From assembly GCA_943788915.1 (NCBI GenBank), contig CALSSD010000003.1, positions 446,663 to 510,662 of the forward strand: a DNA stretch of 64,000 nucleotides. The letters run 5' to 3'. Position numbers and translations under genes: made by a program. This DNA comes from an uncultured Acidimicrobiales bacterium. GTDB taxonomy: Bacteria > Actinomycetota > Acidimicrobiia > Acidimicrobiales > UBA10347. Below are positions 1-11,673 of the stretch, in pieces; position 1 is the first letter of the stretch, and each line of letters starts with the position of its first letter. The notes under the pieces are model-generated. The model was not told the origin of the DNA. It made no database searches and was given only the letters and a program-made list of their open reading frames with translations.

Positions 1-480
1 TACGGCATCAGCCGGTTGACCGACGAGACGTTCGAGCGAGTCTTTGGCCTCATCATGATTCCGCTGATCTTGCTGACCATCTTCAAACCCAAGGTCTCGT
101 CCGATGCCGAGCCATGGTCTCGCAATGTGACGATTGGCGTCTTCTTTGGCATTGGTCTGTACGCCGGTGCGATTCAAGCTGGCGTCGGGTTGGTCTTGCT
201 GGCGGCGCTCAGTCGGTCGGGGTACGACCTGATCACCGCCAATGTGGTCAAGGTCATCTTCATCTTCTTCGCCACCGTTATTGCGCTGCCGGTGTTCATT
301 GTCCAAGGCGATATTCGATGGGGCCCGGCGTTCCTGCTGGCGATCGGACTCAGCGTCGGCGGTTGGGTCGGCGCAAAATTTGCGGTACGCGGCGGCGAAA
401 AGTGGATCCGAATCGTGATGATCATCGCAGCGATCGCGTTGGCACTGAAGCTGCTCGGCTTCTGGGATTGGCTCTTCTAA
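1..480 (+). CDS. Sulfite exporter TauE/SafE family membrane protein (5' truncated by window edge)
   Basis: Hydrophobic multi-TM ORF with G.YAG.IQAGVG and G...GG..GA motifs typical of TauE/SafE; the frame is open from base 1. Confidence 0.8.
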   Translation, partial: YGISRLTDETFERVFGLIMIPLILLTIFKPKVSSDAEPWSRNVTIGVFFGIGLYAGAIQAGVGLVLLAALSRSGYDLITANVVKVIFIFFATVIALPVFIVQGDIRWGPAFLLAIGLSVGGWVGAKFAVRGGEKWIRIVMIIAAIALALKLLGFWDWLF

Positions 481-548
481 ATCGGTTGCACTCACTGACG
501 GTTCAGGCCGGCTGACGTCCTACCAGCCGACCGCTCGAGCGAACGGAG

Positions 549-1361
549 TCAGCTAGCCGCTTCGAGTGCCCGTCGGGTGAGCACCTGAGCCAGGTGGGTC
601 CGGTATGAAGCATCGGCGTTGTTGTCGACCGGCGGCACGGCGCCTTCGGCTGCGAGTTCCGCGGCGTCGGCCACCGATCCTCCGCCGGCAAGCGCCGCCT
701 CGACGGCCGTTGCCCGCAACGGCGTCGACCCCATGTTCACCAGGGCCACGCCCTTGCCACCATCGGCCACAGCGACACCCACAATTGCCCAGTCCTGCGC
801 CCGACGGTTGAACTTCTGATAGTTCCACCCACCCGTGTTCGCCGGCACCTTAACCTCGACGATCATCTCGTCGGGTGCAAGCACCGACTCGAAGTAGCCA
901 GTGAAGAAGTCGGTTGCAGCGATCTCGCGCTGACCGTTTGGCCCTCGTGCAACAATCGTGCCGCCGAGCGCGAGCACCGCTGCAGGTAGATCCGACGCTG
1001 GGTCAGAATGCGCAATGGTGCCACCCAACGTGCCGCGATGGCGCACCGAGGGATCGCCCACCAGCGACGCCACATGCCCGAGTATCGGGCACGCTGCAGC
1101 GATCACGTCGTTCGTTTCGAGTTCCGCGTGTTTGGTCATGGCCCCAATCGCCACCTGCCCGTTCTCCTGCCGGATGTAGGACAGATCGCTGATGCGAGCG
1201 ACGTCGATCAACTGGGTTGGCGCCGCGAGCCGGAACTTCATCATCGGGATCAATGAATGACCACCAGCCAAGAGCTTGGCCTCGTCACCGTATTCACCGA
1301 GCAGTTGAATGGCATGTTCGGCGTTCTCGGCGACGGTGTAGTCGAATGCTGCGGGGATCAT
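549..1361 (-). CDS. coxM: CO dehydrogenase/xanthine dehydrogenase family FAD-binding (medium) subunit
   Basis: MIPAAFDY start, KLLAGGHSLIPMMK, VRHRGTLGG, HSDPASD motifs; start overlaps the coxL stop (ATGA). Confidence 0.9.
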   Translation of the reverse strand: MIPAAFDYTVAENAEHAIQLLGEYGDEAKLLAGGHSLIPMMKFRLAAPTQLIDVARISDLSYIRQENGQVAIGAMTKHAELETNDVIAAACPILGHVASLVGDPSVRHRGTLGGTIAHSDPASDLPAAVLALGGTIVARGPNGQREIAATDFFTGYFESVLAPDEMIVEVKVPANTGGWNYQKFNRRAQDWAIVGVAVADGGKGVALVNMGSTPLRATAVEAALAGGGSVADAAELAAEGAVPPVDNNADASYRTHLAQVLTRRALEAAS

Positions 1362-3754
1362 GCTGCACCTCCGGTGCTGCCAGCGTTGATGGCATTCCAG
1401 ATGCGCTGCGGGGTTGCAGGCATCTTGATATCGGTCACGCCATACGGACTCAGTCCATCACATACGGCATTGATCACGGCTGCGGCCGAACCAATGGTTC
1501 CGGCCTCACCCACGCCCTTTACGCCAAGTGGATTCGTGGTTGATGGGGTGACCGTGGAGTCCAGCGTGATGTTCGGCATCTCCATAGTTGACGGCACCAG
1601 ATAGTCCATGAGCGACGGGTTGGTGATATTGCCATTCTCGTCGTAGACAGCCTCTTCAAAGAGCGCTTGGGCCGCACCCTGCACAATCCCTCCGTGTACC
1701 TGGCCCTCGACGATCAACGGGTTCACCTGGATACCGCAGTCGTCGACACCGATGTAGTTGATCAGTTCGACCCCACCGGTTTCGATGTCGATCTCGACCA
1801 CCGCGACATGGGTGCCAAACGGGAACGCAAAGTTCGGAGGATCAAAATTGACCTGCTCCTGCAGGTTGGGCTCCATGCCATCGGGCAGATCGTGAGCCGT
1901 AAAGGCAGCGAAGCCGAGCTCTTGTATGTGCACCGACTTCGTAGGTGTTCCAGCAACCGAGAAACTGCCGTTGACAAACTCGATGTCCTCGGGCGACGCC
2001 TCGAACTGGTGCGCTGCGATCAGCTTGGCCTTGTCCACGACCTTGTCTGCAGCCATAGCAATCGCAACACCACCAACGGCGAGCGAACGGGACCCATAAG
2101 TATCGAGCCCAAGGGGGCTCAATGCCGTGTCAGAATGCAGCACTTCGACGTCGTTGGGGTCAATGCCCATCTTTTCGGCGATGATCTGTGCCCACGCTGT
2201 TTCGTGCCCCTGACCATGCGGGGTGGAGCCGGACACAACCTCGACCTTGCCAGTGGGGAGCAGCCGCACGGTGGCGTGTTCCCAGCCGCCAGCACCATAG
2301 TTCAGGCCACCCAAGGCCCGCGACGGGGCCAGGCCACAGATCTCGACATAGGTACACATACCGATCCCAAGCTGCTTGGTTTCGCCAGCATCGCGGCGCC
2401 GAGCCTGTTCGCTTCGCAACCCGGCCATGTCTGCTAGCTCCAGCGCCCGGTCGTGCGCTGGCTTGTAATGACCGGAATCAAAGGTCAGCGTTGATGCTGC
2501 ATCGAAGTTCTCGAAGTGCTCGCCACCGTTGATGTAGTTGCGGCTGCGGATCTCTTCAGGAGCGATGCCTATCTTGTGCGCCATCATGTCCATGATGCGT
2601 TCGATTGCGTAGCTCGCCTCTGGCCGACCAGCGCCACGATACGCATCGGTGGGTGTCAGGTTGGTGAAGTGACCATCGCAGCTGAACGACAGATTCGGAA
2701 TGTCGTAAACGCCGGTGTACAAGAAGCTGCCGAGCAGTGGCACACCCGGCGTAATGAGCATCATGTATGCACCCATGTCGGCATCGAGGTGAACCTTGAT
2801 GGCGGTGACCTTGCCGTTCTCGTCGGCGGCTGCCTCGACGTGCTGGATCTGGCCGCGACCTTGGTGCGATGCACCCGCCCCTTCGGAGCGTTGCTCGGTC
2901 CAGCGCACCGGTAGCCCGATGTGGTTAGCCAACGTGACAGCAAGCAGCGCATCGGCATCGACATTGAGCTTGCCGCCGAAGCCGCCGCCGACACTGGGCG
3001 CAATAACGCGGATCTTGTTCTCGGGAATCCCGCTCGTCGCAGCGATCATGATCTTGAGGATGTGCGGAATCTGTGTTGCCGAATAGAACACGATCTCGCC
3101 ACCTGCAGGCGAGGGCACTGCAAGGCAGCCGCGGGGTTCCATTGGCATGGGAATCAGCCGTTGTTGGACGAACCGGGCCTTGACGACGTGAGCGGCATTG
3201 GCGAACGCTGCCGCGGTGCCTTCTGGGTTCGGGTCAAGTGGCCAATGGAACGCCTTGTTGGTCTCCAGGTCGCTGTGGGCCATGGCCTTGCCGTCGACGG
3301 CATCCTGCAGATTGACCACAGCAGGAAGTGGTGTGTAATCGACCACGACCTGTTCGACTGCGTCGGCGACGCCATAACGATCTGAGCACAACACCACCGC
3401 GACGATGTCGCCAACATGTTTCGCCTCGCTGATGGCAACCGGATAATGAGGCGGGTTGACCATGTCTTCGGTGACCGGCCATGCACACGGCAGCGGCGCT
3501 TGCCAAAGGCCCATCTCTGCGAGCTGCGCACCGGTCAAAACACTGTGTACACCGGGCATCGATTCGGCCCCGCTGGTATCAATGGAGTTGATCGTGGCGT
3601 GCGCGAACTGGCTACGCACCATACCCATCCACAGCTGGCCAGGGGCCTTGATGTCGTCGATGAACTTGTTTTCGCCAGTGAGAAGCTTGGGGTCTTCCTT
3701 GCGCAACATGCGCGTGCCGAAGCCGCCTTTGGTTGGCTCAATAGTGGCCGTCAT
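1358..3754 (-). CDS. coxL: CO dehydrogenase-like (form II) molybdopterin-binding large subunit
   Basis: [17 protein letters not shown], active-site [23 protein letters not shown]-like, [11 protein letters not shown] at 3754 overlaps the coxS stop. Confidence 0.9.
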   Translation of the reverse strand: MTATIEPTKGGFGTRMLRKEDPKLLTGENKFIDDIKAPGQLWMGMVRSQFAHATINSIDTSGAESMPGVHSVLTGAQLAEMGLWQAPLPCAWPVTEDMVNPPHYPVAISEAKHVGDIVAVVLCSDRYGVADAVEQVVVDYTPLPAVVNLQDAVDGKAMAHSDLETNKAFHWPLDPNPEGTAAAFANAAHVVKARFVQQRLIPMPMEPRGCLAVPSPAGGEIVFYSATQIPHILKIMIAATSGIPENKIRVIAPSVGGGFGGKLNVDADALLAVTLANHIGLPVRWTEQRSEGAGASHQGRGQIQHVEAAADENGKVTAIKVHLDADMGAYMMLITPGVPLLGSFLYTGVYDIPNLSFSCDGHFTNLTPTDAYRGAGRPEASYAIERIMDMMAHKIGIAPEEIRSRNYINGGEHFENFDAASTLTFDSGHYKPAHDRALELADMAGLRSEQARRRDAGETKQLGIGMCTYVEICGLAPSRALGGLNYGAGGWEHATVRLLPTGKVEVVSGSTPHGQGHETAWAQIIAEKMGIDPNDVEVLHSDTALSPLGLDTYGSRSLAVGGVAIAMAADKVVDKAKLIAAHQFEASPEDIEFVNGSFSVAGTPTKSVHIQELGFAAFTAHDLPDGMEPNLQEQVNFDPPNFAFPFGTHVAVVEIDIETGGVELINYIGVDDCGIQVNPLIVEGQVHGGIVQGAAQALFEEAVYDENGNITNPSLMDYLVPSTMEMPNITLDSTVTPSTTNPLGVKGVGEAGTIGSAAAVINAVCDGLSPYGVTDIKMPATPQRIWNAINAGSTGGAA

Positions 3755-4248
3755 GACGCACCTTCCGCAGCGCTCTGCACTGCCTTCACGATGTTGTGAT
3801 ACCCGGTGCACCGACAGAGGTTGCCTTCGAGCCCTTCGCGGATCTCAGCCTCGGTTGGCGTCGGGTTTTCCTTCAGAAACGACGTTGCCGCCATGACCAT
3901 GCCTGGTGTGCAATAACCGCATTGCAGGGCATGGCATTGCTGGAACGCCTCCTGCATCGGGTGCCAGTTCTGCTCGCCGGTAGCGATCCCATCGGCCCGG
4001 GCTGTCTCGGCCAGGCCTTCGATCGTGGTGATCGATTCGCCCTCGGCTTGTACTGCCAGCATCGTGCACGACTTGACTGACTGGCCGCCAACGTGCACGG
4101 TGCATGCCCCACACGACGAGGTGTCACAGCCAATGTTGGTGCCGGTGAGCCCGACACCTTCGCGAATATGGTGCACGAGCAACGTGCGCGGCTCAACGTC
4201 TCGTGAATGACTATCACCATTCACTGTCATGGATACCTGCATAGACAT
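3751..4248 (-). CDS. coxS: CO dehydrogenase-like 2Fe-2S small subunit
   Basis: [29 protein letters not shown] motifs. Confidence 0.92.
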   Translation of the reverse strand: MSMQVSMTVNGDSHSRDVEPRTLLVHHIREGVGLTGTNIGCDTSSCGACTVHVGGQSVKSCTMLAVQAEGESITTIEGLAETARADGIATGEQNWHPMQEAFQQCHALQCGYCTPGMVMAATSFLKENPTPTEAEIREGLEGNLCRCTGYHNIVKAVQSAAEGAS

Positions 4249-4628
4249 TCCCCCGAATGATCTGATTTCCTGCTGCAGGTTCTACCCCAATTCCAGCGAC
4301 GCTGCTTGACGGGCGTGCGATGCCGGTCCCGACCGGGTGGATCATGGACCGCTTCCACATGCCGAAGCGACGGACAATCAGGCGTGGACTGGGTACCCAG
4401 ATGTACTGTCACGAGCAGCGGCATGGGCCGCTGTTCGTCCCTCTGTTCCGCCAGCTGCCGCTTGTGTGGAGTCTTCGGTCCGCGCAGATCGACACCGTGG
4501 ATCGTCGTAATTCACCTCCAACCCGCAGCCAAGGTCGGCCTTGATTGGCACAATCGGCTTCCGCCTCAGTTGCCGAAGTGCAACCGGTCATTGTGGTGGG
4601 TAACGAACGACCAAATACCCGGCGCCTA

Positions 4629-5480
4629 CTAGCTCCGAGCGAGCCAGTCGTCGATCAACGCGCGAGCGATGCTGGCTCGGGGTGGAATATTTGGCAGGTC
4701 ATCTTTGGCAAACCATTGCGCATCGGCAATCTCGTCGGGGGCTGGCGTGATGTCGCCGCCAGCGTAGGTCGCGAAGAACCCGAGCATGAGCGAGTTCGGG
4801 AACGGCCATGGCTGGCTGTCGTGGTACCGAATGTTGTCAACAAAGATTCCGACTTCCTCGAGGACTTCGCGATGGACACAGTCTTCGAGTGACTCCCCCG
4901 GCTCAACAAACCCGGCAAGGGTCGAATACATCGGCTTTGGCCCCCGCCAGGCAACATTGGTCGCAAGTAAGGCTCGGCCGTCGGGATGTTCAATAAGCAT
5001 GATCACTGCTGGCGAGAGCCGCGGATAGGACACCAGCCCGTCTTCGGGACACTTCATGGAGCGTTCGTTCACGTCCATTTCCATCGCCGTGCCACAACGA
5101 CCACAGAATTGGTGATCGCGATACCAGTCGGTTATCTGGGTGGCCCGTCCGGCCACGTTCCAGATCGCGGAGTCGAGCGTGCCCATCAGCCGCCGAAGGT
5201 CCGAAAACACCAAGCCGGGAAACGGTGCATCGAACGGGTCGAAGTCATCGCTCACTTGGCCGGTCCACCAGTGAGCGGTCTCGTCATCGAAACGACCCAG
5301 CACCAGTGGCTTGGCCACGTGATCAACGATCTGATTCGCCTCGTCGGTGGTGAGCGGGCGCATACCCGTGGTCATGTCATCAACGAGCAGCACCTGGCCA
5401 CCACGAGAGAACAGCCATGAATCGTCGCCCTCGGGATCGTCGGGCAGGACAGCAACCGGAACAAACTTCGACGTAGTCAT
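4629..5480 (-). CDS. nudC: NAD(+)/NADH diphosphatase (Nudix)
   Basis: FCGRCG zinc ribbon, YPRLSPAVI, Nudix box [33 protein letters not shown]; start taken at ATG 5480. Confidence 0.92.
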   Translation of the reverse strand: MTTSKFVPVAVLPDDPEGDDSWLFSRGGQVLLVDDMTTGMRPLTTDEANQIVDHVAKPLVLGRFDDETAHWWTGQVSDDFDPFDAPFPGLVFSDLRRLMGTLDSAIWNVAGRATQITDWYRDHQFCGRCGTAMEMDVNERSMKCPEDGLVSYPRLSPAVIMLIEHPDGRALLATNVAWRGPKPMYSTLAGFVEPGESLEDCVHREVLEEVGIFVDNIRYHDSQPWPFPNSLMLGFFATYAGGDITPAPDEIADAQWFAKDDLPNIPPRASIARALIDDWLARS

Positions 5481-5585
5481 CCCTCGCAGCTTCGCTTGCA
5501 CTGCGACGCATTGCAACTCACGGGCCAGCACTTTGTACCTGACCCGACACCACGAATAGTCTCGGTCCGACCGCAAGGAGTCGTT

Positions 5586-6347
5586 ATGAGCCCTGATACC
5601 ACAACTGTCGACTTTCACTTCGACGTGCTCTGCCCCTACGCCTATCAGACCGCGAAATGGATTCGCGACGTCCGAGCACAGAATGGCCTCGAGATCAACT
5701 GGAAGTTCTTTAGCCTCGAAGAGGTCAACCGAGTCGAGGGCAAGAAACACCCGTGGGAACGTGATTGGTCCTATGGCTGGTCGATCATGCGCATCGGCGC
5801 GATCCTGCGCCGCAACAGCATGGACGACCTCGACCGTTGGTATGAACGTTCCGGACGGGCACTTCACGAAGAAGGCCAGCGGGTGCACGACCCCGATGTC
5901 GCCCGCCATCTGCTTGTCGAATTAGGACTCGACCCCGACGTCGTCGACCAGTCCATCGCCGACGAGACCACCCACGACGAGATCAAAGCGGACCACGCCA
6001 GGGTCATGGACGCGGGGGGTTACGGCGTGCCCACACTGTTCTTCGGCGACCACGCGCTCTTTGGCCCGGTACTGATCGACCCGCCTTCGGGCGAAGCAGC
6101 ACTGCGGCTCTGGAATGCGGTTACGGCGTGGACCGAGTTCCCCCACCTCTACGAACTGCAACAACCGAAACGCAAACGCGACGAGCAGGCAATCTCGGCC
6201 ACGTTCAAGCCATACCTCGAAGCCCGCGATTGGATCAGCATCAATAGAGGCACCGAAGTCGGCTTCACCGAAGATGGTTTCAAAGCCATGGGCCCGGCCG
6301 CAGACCGCTACAACCGCAATCAGTCGAGCGAAGGAGACAGCCAATGA
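5586..6347 (+). CDS. DsbA-like / mycothiol-dependent reductase (Rv2466c-like) thioredoxin-fold protein
   Basis: [12 protein letters not shown] and GVPTL motifs, FGPV; RBS AAGGAG upstream of ATG 5586. Confidence 0.75.
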   Translation: MSPDTTTVDFHFDVLCPYAYQTAKWIRDVRAQNGLEINWKFFSLEEVNRVEGKKHPWERDWSYGWSIMRIGAILRRNSMDDLDRWYERSGRALHEEGQRVHDPDVARHLLVELGLDPDVVDQSIADETTHDEIKADHARVMDAGGYGVPTLFFGDHALFGPVLIDPPSGEAALRLWNAVTAWTEFPHLYELQQPKRKRDEQAISATFKPYLEARDWISINRGTEVGFTEDGFKAMGPAADRYNRNQSSEGDSQ

Positions 6348-7126
6348 GCCTCGAAGCAATCGCCAACCTGAATGCGTGTATGGACTCAGTCGACGCACTG
6401 TTGGCAGGACTCAACGATGACCAATGGGCAGTGCAGTCGTACTGCCCCGACTGGGACGTGCGGGGTGTCGCCATGCACCTGGCAGCCGTCGAGCACATGC
6501 TGATCGGAGATGAACCTGGCTCGTGGACTGACAGCGTGCCGTTCGACAAGGTCGGCGCGTACATCGCTGGCGTCAGCGATTCGAACAACGCGGACCTGCT
6601 GGCGGCCTATCGCGAAACAATCACCGCTCGACGAGCAGAGATGGCCGGCTACACGGCCGAACAGATGGACCTGCCGTCCATGACTCCGGTCGGGCAACAG
6701 ACCTATGGTCGGTTCATGGCCATCCGAGTGTTCGACTACTGGGTGCACGAGCAAGACATGCGCGGACCATTGGGCATCGCCGGCCACGAGAGTGGGCCAA
6801 CTGCTGAAATGGCACTGAACGAAATCGAGATCTCACTGCCCTACATCGTGGGCAAAAAGATCGGGCTGCCCGAGGGTAAGGGCATGACCATCAACCTGAC
6901 CGGTCCCGTCGAACGGCAGATGCATGTCAAGGTCGATGGTCGCGCTGGTGTTGTCGATTCGTTGGCCGACCCCGACGTTGTGCTGAACGCAAACTCCACC
7001 GCCTTCGCCCTGCTGGCATGCGGCCGTATCGATCCGCAAGGCCCAATCGACGACGGTCGGGTCAGCTGGAGCGGCGATGCCGAACTCGGCGAAAAAGCCG
7101 CCCGCTCGCTTCGGTTCACAATGTAA
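6344..7126 (+). CDS. Maleylpyruvate isomerase family mycothiol-dependent enzyme (DinB fold, SCP2-like C-terminus)
   Basis: [13 protein letters not shown] and [11 protein letters not shown] motifs. Confidence 0.85.
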   Translation: MSLEAIANLNACMDSVDALLAGLNDDQWAVQSYCPDWDVRGVAMHLAAVEHMLIGDEPGSWTDSVPFDKVGAYIAGVSDSNNADLLAAYRETITARRAEMAGYTAEQMDLPSMTPVGQQTYGRFMAIRVFDYWVHEQDMRGPLGIAGHESGPTAEMALNEIEISLPYIVGKKIGLPEGKGMTINLTGPVERQMHVKVDGRAGVVDSLADPDVVLNANSTAFALLACGRIDPQGPIDDGRVSWSGDAELGEKAARSLRFTM

Positions 7127-7872
7127 TGGGACGTCTCGACGGCAAGGTCGCCTTAATCACCGGCGGTGCCCGAGGCATGGGTGCCGAAGACAGTCGACTT
7201 TTCGCTGCCGAGGGAGCCGTGGTTGTACTGACCGATGTACTCGATGACCTGGGAGCCGAAACAGCTAGCCAGATCGACGGTGCCAGCTATCACCACCTCG
7301 ATATCCGAAACGAGGCCGAATGGCAGGCCGTCGTCGACCAGGTCATGTCCGACCATGGCCGCATCGACGTCCTGGTCAACAATGCAGGTGTAGACCTGGT
7401 GAAGAAGCTGCTTGCAACCACGATCGAAGATTTCGAGCAGGTGACCGACATCAACCTCCGAGGCACGTTCCTGGGAATGCGCACCGTGGCCGAGGCCATG
7501 ATCAAGGCCGAGTTGCCGTGTTCGATCGTGAACATCAGCTCGGTAGCCGGACTGCAGGGCCTCGCAAACCATGCCGTGTACTCTGCATCGAAGTTCGGCG
7601 TCACCGGCCTGACCAAGTCCGCAGCCAAGGAGTGGGGTCGTTACGGGATACGGGTGAACTCCGTGCATCCCGGCCTCATCGAGACAGCCATGACCGCCGA
7701 CATGCGTTCGTTCACCGATCCCGAAGTCCGCAGACAGGTCGAACGGACTGTGCCATTACGCCGCATGGGCAAGGCCAGCGACATCGCCAAGCTGGCGCTG
7801 TTCCTGGCCAGCGATGACTCGGACTATTGCAGTGGCCAGGCCTACATCGTCGACGGCGGCGTGCACCCGTAA
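7126..7872 (+). CDS. Short-chain dehydrogenase/reductase (3-alpha,20-beta-HSD-like)
   Basis: TGGARGMG, NNAG, YSASK, VNSVHPG motifs; ATG overlaps the upstream stop. Confidence 0.92.
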   Translation: MGRLDGKVALITGGARGMGAEDSRLFAAEGAVVVLTDVLDDLGAETASQIDGASYHHLDIRNEAEWQAVVDQVMSDHGRIDVLVNNAGVDLVKKLLATTIEDFEQVTDINLRGTFLGMRTVAEAMIKAELPCSIVNISSVAGLQGLANHAVYSASKFGVTGLTKSAAKEWGRYGIRVNSVHPGLIETAMTADMRSFTDPEVRRQVERTVPLRRMGKASDIAKLALFLASDDSDYCSGQAYIVDGGVHP

Positions 7873-7893
7873 CCAGGCTCCTAGAGTCATCCC

Positions 7894-8610
7894 ATGGCTG
7901 CAACCGAGCTGACCTTTTTGTCATGGAACTTGGCGTTGCTCGAACGACCGGCACCTGCGCCGCTGTTCTGGGAGACAAGCAACACCGAAGCCGTGGTGCG
8001 CGACCAGGTGCTCGAGGTCGAGCCCGATGTAGTCCTGTTCCAGGAACTGCCCGGACTGGTTCCGTTTGTCGAAACCCATTCGATGGTGCCAGCAAACCCC
8101 AAGAGCCATAGCGGCAACCTGGCGACGCTGGTGAGCAACAAACTCGCCACCACCGAGCTTGCGATCGCGACGGTCGGTGGATGCGCCATCCTGACCACCT
8201 TCGTTGACCTCGACCTGACCATCGCCAACGTTCACCTGCCTTCTGGCAAGGGCGGCGAAGCTGACCGACTGATGTACATGGCCAAGGTGATCGAGGCCAG
8301 TCCGACACTGCCGCTACTCATTGTGGGTGACACCAACATGCGGGTTGCCGAAGCTGACGCGCTCCTCAAGTTGGGCTTCAGTGGAGACACGCCACCGCAT
8401 GCCACCTGGGACAGCCGTCGCAATAACTTCCGTGCCGATGCCTACGAGTTCCATGCATACTTCACTCGTTGGTTCGCCAGTCCTGGCGTCACCGTGTCCG
8501 ATGTGTCCGTCCATCGGGACCCCGTCAGACACGACGACACGACGTTCTTTGTGTCCGACCACTACGCACTCGGCGGTCGGGTCTCGCTCACGACATCGGC
8601 CAAGGAGTAA
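7894..8610 (+). CDS. Endonuclease/exonuclease/phosphatase (EEP) family protein
   Basis: SWN, LFQE, NVHL, GDTN and SDH motifs. Confidence 0.8.
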   Translation: MAATELTFLSWNLALLERPAPAPLFWETSNTEAVVRDQVLEVEPDVVLFQELPGLVPFVETHSMVPANPKSHSGNLATLVSNKLATTELAIATVGGCAILTTFVDLDLTIANVHLPSGKGGEADRLMYMAKVIEASPTLPLLIVGDTNMRVAEADALLKLGFSGDTPPHATWDSRRNNFRADAYEFHAYFTRWFASPGVTVSDVSVHRDPVRHDDTTFFVSDHYALGGRVSLTTSAKE

Positions 8611-8615
8611 CCGCA

Positions 8616-8906
8616 ATGATCATCGTCACCGGTTCGGTAACCGCAAGTGCCGAGACTGACGCCGAGATGGCCGAACTCTGCCTGGCTCATGTTCGGCGGT
8701 CACGCACCGAGCCTGGTTGTTTGCTTCACGCGGTGCATCGAGATGTCGAAAACCACCATCGTTTCGTCTTCCTTGAGCACTGGAGTTCTCGAACCACTCT
8801 CGAACAACATTTCGAGGTCCCCGAGTCGATCGCTTTCGTCAAGGCCATTCGAGTCATCGCCATCGACGCAACGAAAATGCAGATCTTCGAAACCGTCGAG
8901 TCCTGA
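8616..8906 (+). CDS. Antibiotic biosynthesis monooxygenase / putative quinol monooxygenase
   Basis: MIIVTG start, SRTEPGCL, FLEHW...LEQHF pattern; 96 aa. Confidence 0.85.
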   Translation: MIIVTGSVTASAETDAEMAELCLAHVRRSRTEPGCLLHAVHRDVENHHRFVFLEHWSSRTTLEQHFEVPESIAFVKAIRVIAIDATKMQIFETVES

Positions 8907-9022
8907 CCCGGACTCCGAGCGCGACGGTATGCCGGTCCGCTCTTAGGTGATCTCAGGGCCTCCGGGTCGCTGGATTCGGCGAGAACTTCACGGGTTCGAT
9001 GATGGGCCATTACCGTCGGGTG

Positions 9023-10297
9023 ATGACCACCGTCGCTGACCATGCCAACGACCTCTTGCCGAACCCGCTCCTGCAGGAGTTTTGGGTCAGGCCCGCAGCC
9101 GACATCGACGCCGACCTGGCAGTACTGCACGCTGCTGGCGGGATCACGTTTCACGACGAGCCACCGGTGCCCGAAGGTATCGCCCTCGAACACGGGCCCG
9201 GGTCCTGGGTACTGACCAACCATGCCGACATCATCCAGGTATCGAAACGCGCCGACGTCTTCAGCTCGGCACAGGGCATAACAGTGACCGATATCCCCGT
9301 CGAATTCCTGGAATTCTTCAGCTCCATGATCGCTATGGACGACCCTCGACACGCCAAGTTGCGTCGAGTCGTCTCGGCCGGCTTCACGCCCCGGATGCTC
9401 GCGAAACTGGACGACTCTGTCCAGACTGTCGCCTCCGAGATCATCGACCGGGTGCAGAGTCGTGGCGAGGTTGATTTCATCGTTGATGTCGCTGCTATGT
9501 TGCCGCTCAAGATCGTGTGTGACCTCATGGGTGTTCCTGAGGAAGAGTTCGACTTCGTCTTCCGGCACACCAACACGATCATCGCTGCCACCGATCCTGA
9601 GTACGCACCCGAAGACGGCGATGTACTCACCGCACTACTCACCGCCGGCGGCGAACTAGCCGAACTCATGCAAAAGGTCGCCGAGTCGAAGAAGGGTGGC
9701 GACGGCACCGACCTCACCAGCCTGTTGATGAACGCCTCGGTCCCCGACGACGAACTCACCCCCGGTGACCTCGCCAGTTTCTTTATCTTGCTGGTCGTCG
9801 CCGGAAACGAGACAACCCGCAACGCAATCGGCTGGGGCCTCCGGTACCTGACCGAGAACCCAGATCAGCGCGCAATTTGGGCAGCAGATTTCGAAGCGAT
9901 CGCCCCGACCGCAGTCGAAGAGATCGTCCGGCTCGCGAGCCCCGTGACGTACATGCGACGCACCGCCATGGTCGACACCCACATTGGGGATCAGGCCATC
10001 GCTGCTGGAGACAAGGTCTGCATGTTCTACCTCGCCGCCAATCGCGATCCTTCCGTGTTCCCCAACCCGCTCGACTTCGACGTTCGCCGGAGTCCAAATG
10101 TGCACGTCGGCTTCGGCGGACCCGGCCCCCACTTCTGCCTTGGGGCTCATCTTGCTCGGCGCGAGATCACGGTGATCTTCCGAGAGATCTTCAACCGCCT
10201 GCCCGACATCGAGTCCACGGCCGACGGCGACCTGCTGCATTCGAGCTTCATCCACGGCATCAAACACCTGCCAGCGACGTTCACCCCGGTCGTCTAG
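9023..10297 (+). CDS. Cytochrome P450 (CYP124/125-like)
   Basis: AGNETT I-helix, EEIVR (ExxR), FGGPGPHFCLG heme ligand. Confidence 0.93.
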   Translation: MTTVADHANDLLPNPLLQEFWVRPAADIDADLAVLHAAGGITFHDEPPVPEGIALEHGPGSWVLTNHADIIQVSKRADVFSSAQGITVTDIPVEFLEFFSSMIAMDDPRHAKLRRVVSAGFTPRMLAKLDDSVQTVASEIIDRVQSRGEVDFIVDVAAMLPLKIVCDLMGVPEEEFDFVFRHTNTIIAATDPEYAPEDGDVLTALLTAGGELAELMQKVAESKKGGDGTDLTSLLMNASVPDDELTPGDLASFFILLVVAGNETTRNAIGWGLRYLTENPDQRAIWAADFEAIAPTAVEEIVRLASPVTYMRRTAMVDTHIGDQAIAAGDKVCMFYLAANRDPSVFPNPLDFDVRRSPNVHVGFGGPGPHFCLGAHLARREITVIFREIFNRLPDIESTADGDLLHSSFIHGIKHLPATFTPVV

Positions 10298-11673
10298 AGG
10301 TGTAGCCGTCCGGTCATCGCGGCACGGACAGCGAGCACCCCGGCAAGCAGCGCGGAACCCCACAACACAACACCGCTGGCGGCGAAGACGACCTCGAAAG
10401 ATCCGAAGAACCCTCGGCTTGGTTCGAGTCGGTCGGCGAGCGCACTGGCAGTTGCGACACCAGCAACCACGCCTACCGTGCGGGTCATCAGCGAAAGCCC
10501 ACCGGCAACACCCTGCTTGTCGTTACCGACACCTTGCATCACGGTGGCCATATTTGGTACCGAGAACAATCCCAGCCCGGCGCCAACCACGGCCATCAGC
10601 AATGCGATGTGTGTCGGTGACCATGTCACGCCAACCTGCGACAGTCCAACCATGCCAACGCCCTCGACGAGAAGTCCCGCCGCTCCGAGCTTCCAACCAG
10701 CAACTCGGCCCGTCGACCTGCCCGCCAAAGTGGACGCCACTGCTGTTGCGGCTGGCGACGCAGCGAGAACGAGTCCCGAGACCAGCAGTGATGTGCCCAA
10801 CTGATCTATCAACAACGAGGGAACCAGCAGCCAGGTCGCGAACATGGCGCCGTTCGCAACCACCGCCAGAAAGTTGGCAGTCGCGAAGTCGATCGAACGA
10901 AAGAGCTCGAGTTCGAGAACCGGATGCTCGACCCGACGGCTGAAAACGACAAACGCCGTCACCGACAGCGCCGCTGCCACCGCCGAACCAACAACCAGCG
11001 GGTCGACCCAACCTCGCGTTGCCGTGAGATTTAGCGCAAGCACGGCAGCGCCGAGCGAAATCGAGACCAACAATGTGCCAACTCGGTCGACCTCATTCGA
11101 CTTAGCAACGGTCGTAGGTTTGTTGGTGATCGTGAGGAGTAGGAGAAGAAGCCCAAGTGGGACCCGGAACCAGAAGACCGCGCGCCAGCCAATCCATTCC
11201 ACCAGCGGACCGCCAACGATGGGGCCGATCGCCAGACCCACGGCCGCAGCGGTCTGGAACACGCCCACCGCGCGAGTATGGGCCGTGGCCGAGCCGGTGG
11301 TCAGCAGTGCTGGCGCTGACGCCATAACCATCGCAACACCGATGCCCTGCAACGCTCGCGCAGCCAACAACAGTGCAAACGTCGGGGCCGTAGCGCACAG
11401 CACCAATGCGACACTTGAGATGCCAGCACCGATTCTCAGCACCCGGGCATATCCCCAGGTATCGGCCAGTTGCCCTGCTGCCAACAACAACCCGCCATAG
11501 ACCAGCACATAGAAGACCACGACCCATTGCAGGTCGCCGACGGCCAGGCCGAAGTCGTCAACCAGGTCGGGGAACGCCACATTGACCGCAGTATCGAGCG
11601 AGCCAAAGGCCCCGGCAGCACCAGCTAATAACGCCCGCGGACCGAGCTTCGATAACCCGCTACTCAAGGCCAT
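10294..11673 (-). CDS. MFS transporter (DHA2-type)
   Basis: LDTAVNVAFP, GQLADTWG, GPIVGG..V...GWRAVF motifs; about 14 TM segments. Confidence 0.88.
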   Translation of the reverse strand: MALSSGLSKLGPRALLAGAAGAFGSLDTAVNVAFPDLVDDFGLAVGDLQWVVVFYVLVYGGLLLAAGQLADTWGYARVLRIGAGISSVALVLCATAPTFALLLAARALQGIGVAMVMASAPALLTTGSATAHTRAVGVFQTAAAVGLAIGPIVGGPLVEWIGWRAVFWFRVPLGLLLLLLTITNKPTTVAKSNEVDRVGTLLVSISLGAAVLALNLTATRGWVDPLVVGSAVAAALSVTAFVVFSRRVEHPVLELELFRSIDFATANFLAVVANGAMFATWLLVPSLLIDQLGTSLLVSGLVLAASPAATAVASTLAGRSTGRVAGWKLGAAGLLVEGVGMVGLSQVGVTWSPTHIALLMAVVGAGLGLFSVPNMATVMQGVGNDKQGVAGGLSLMTRTVGVVAGVATASALADRLEPSRGFFGSFEVVFAASGVVLWGSALLAGVLAVRAAMTGRLHL

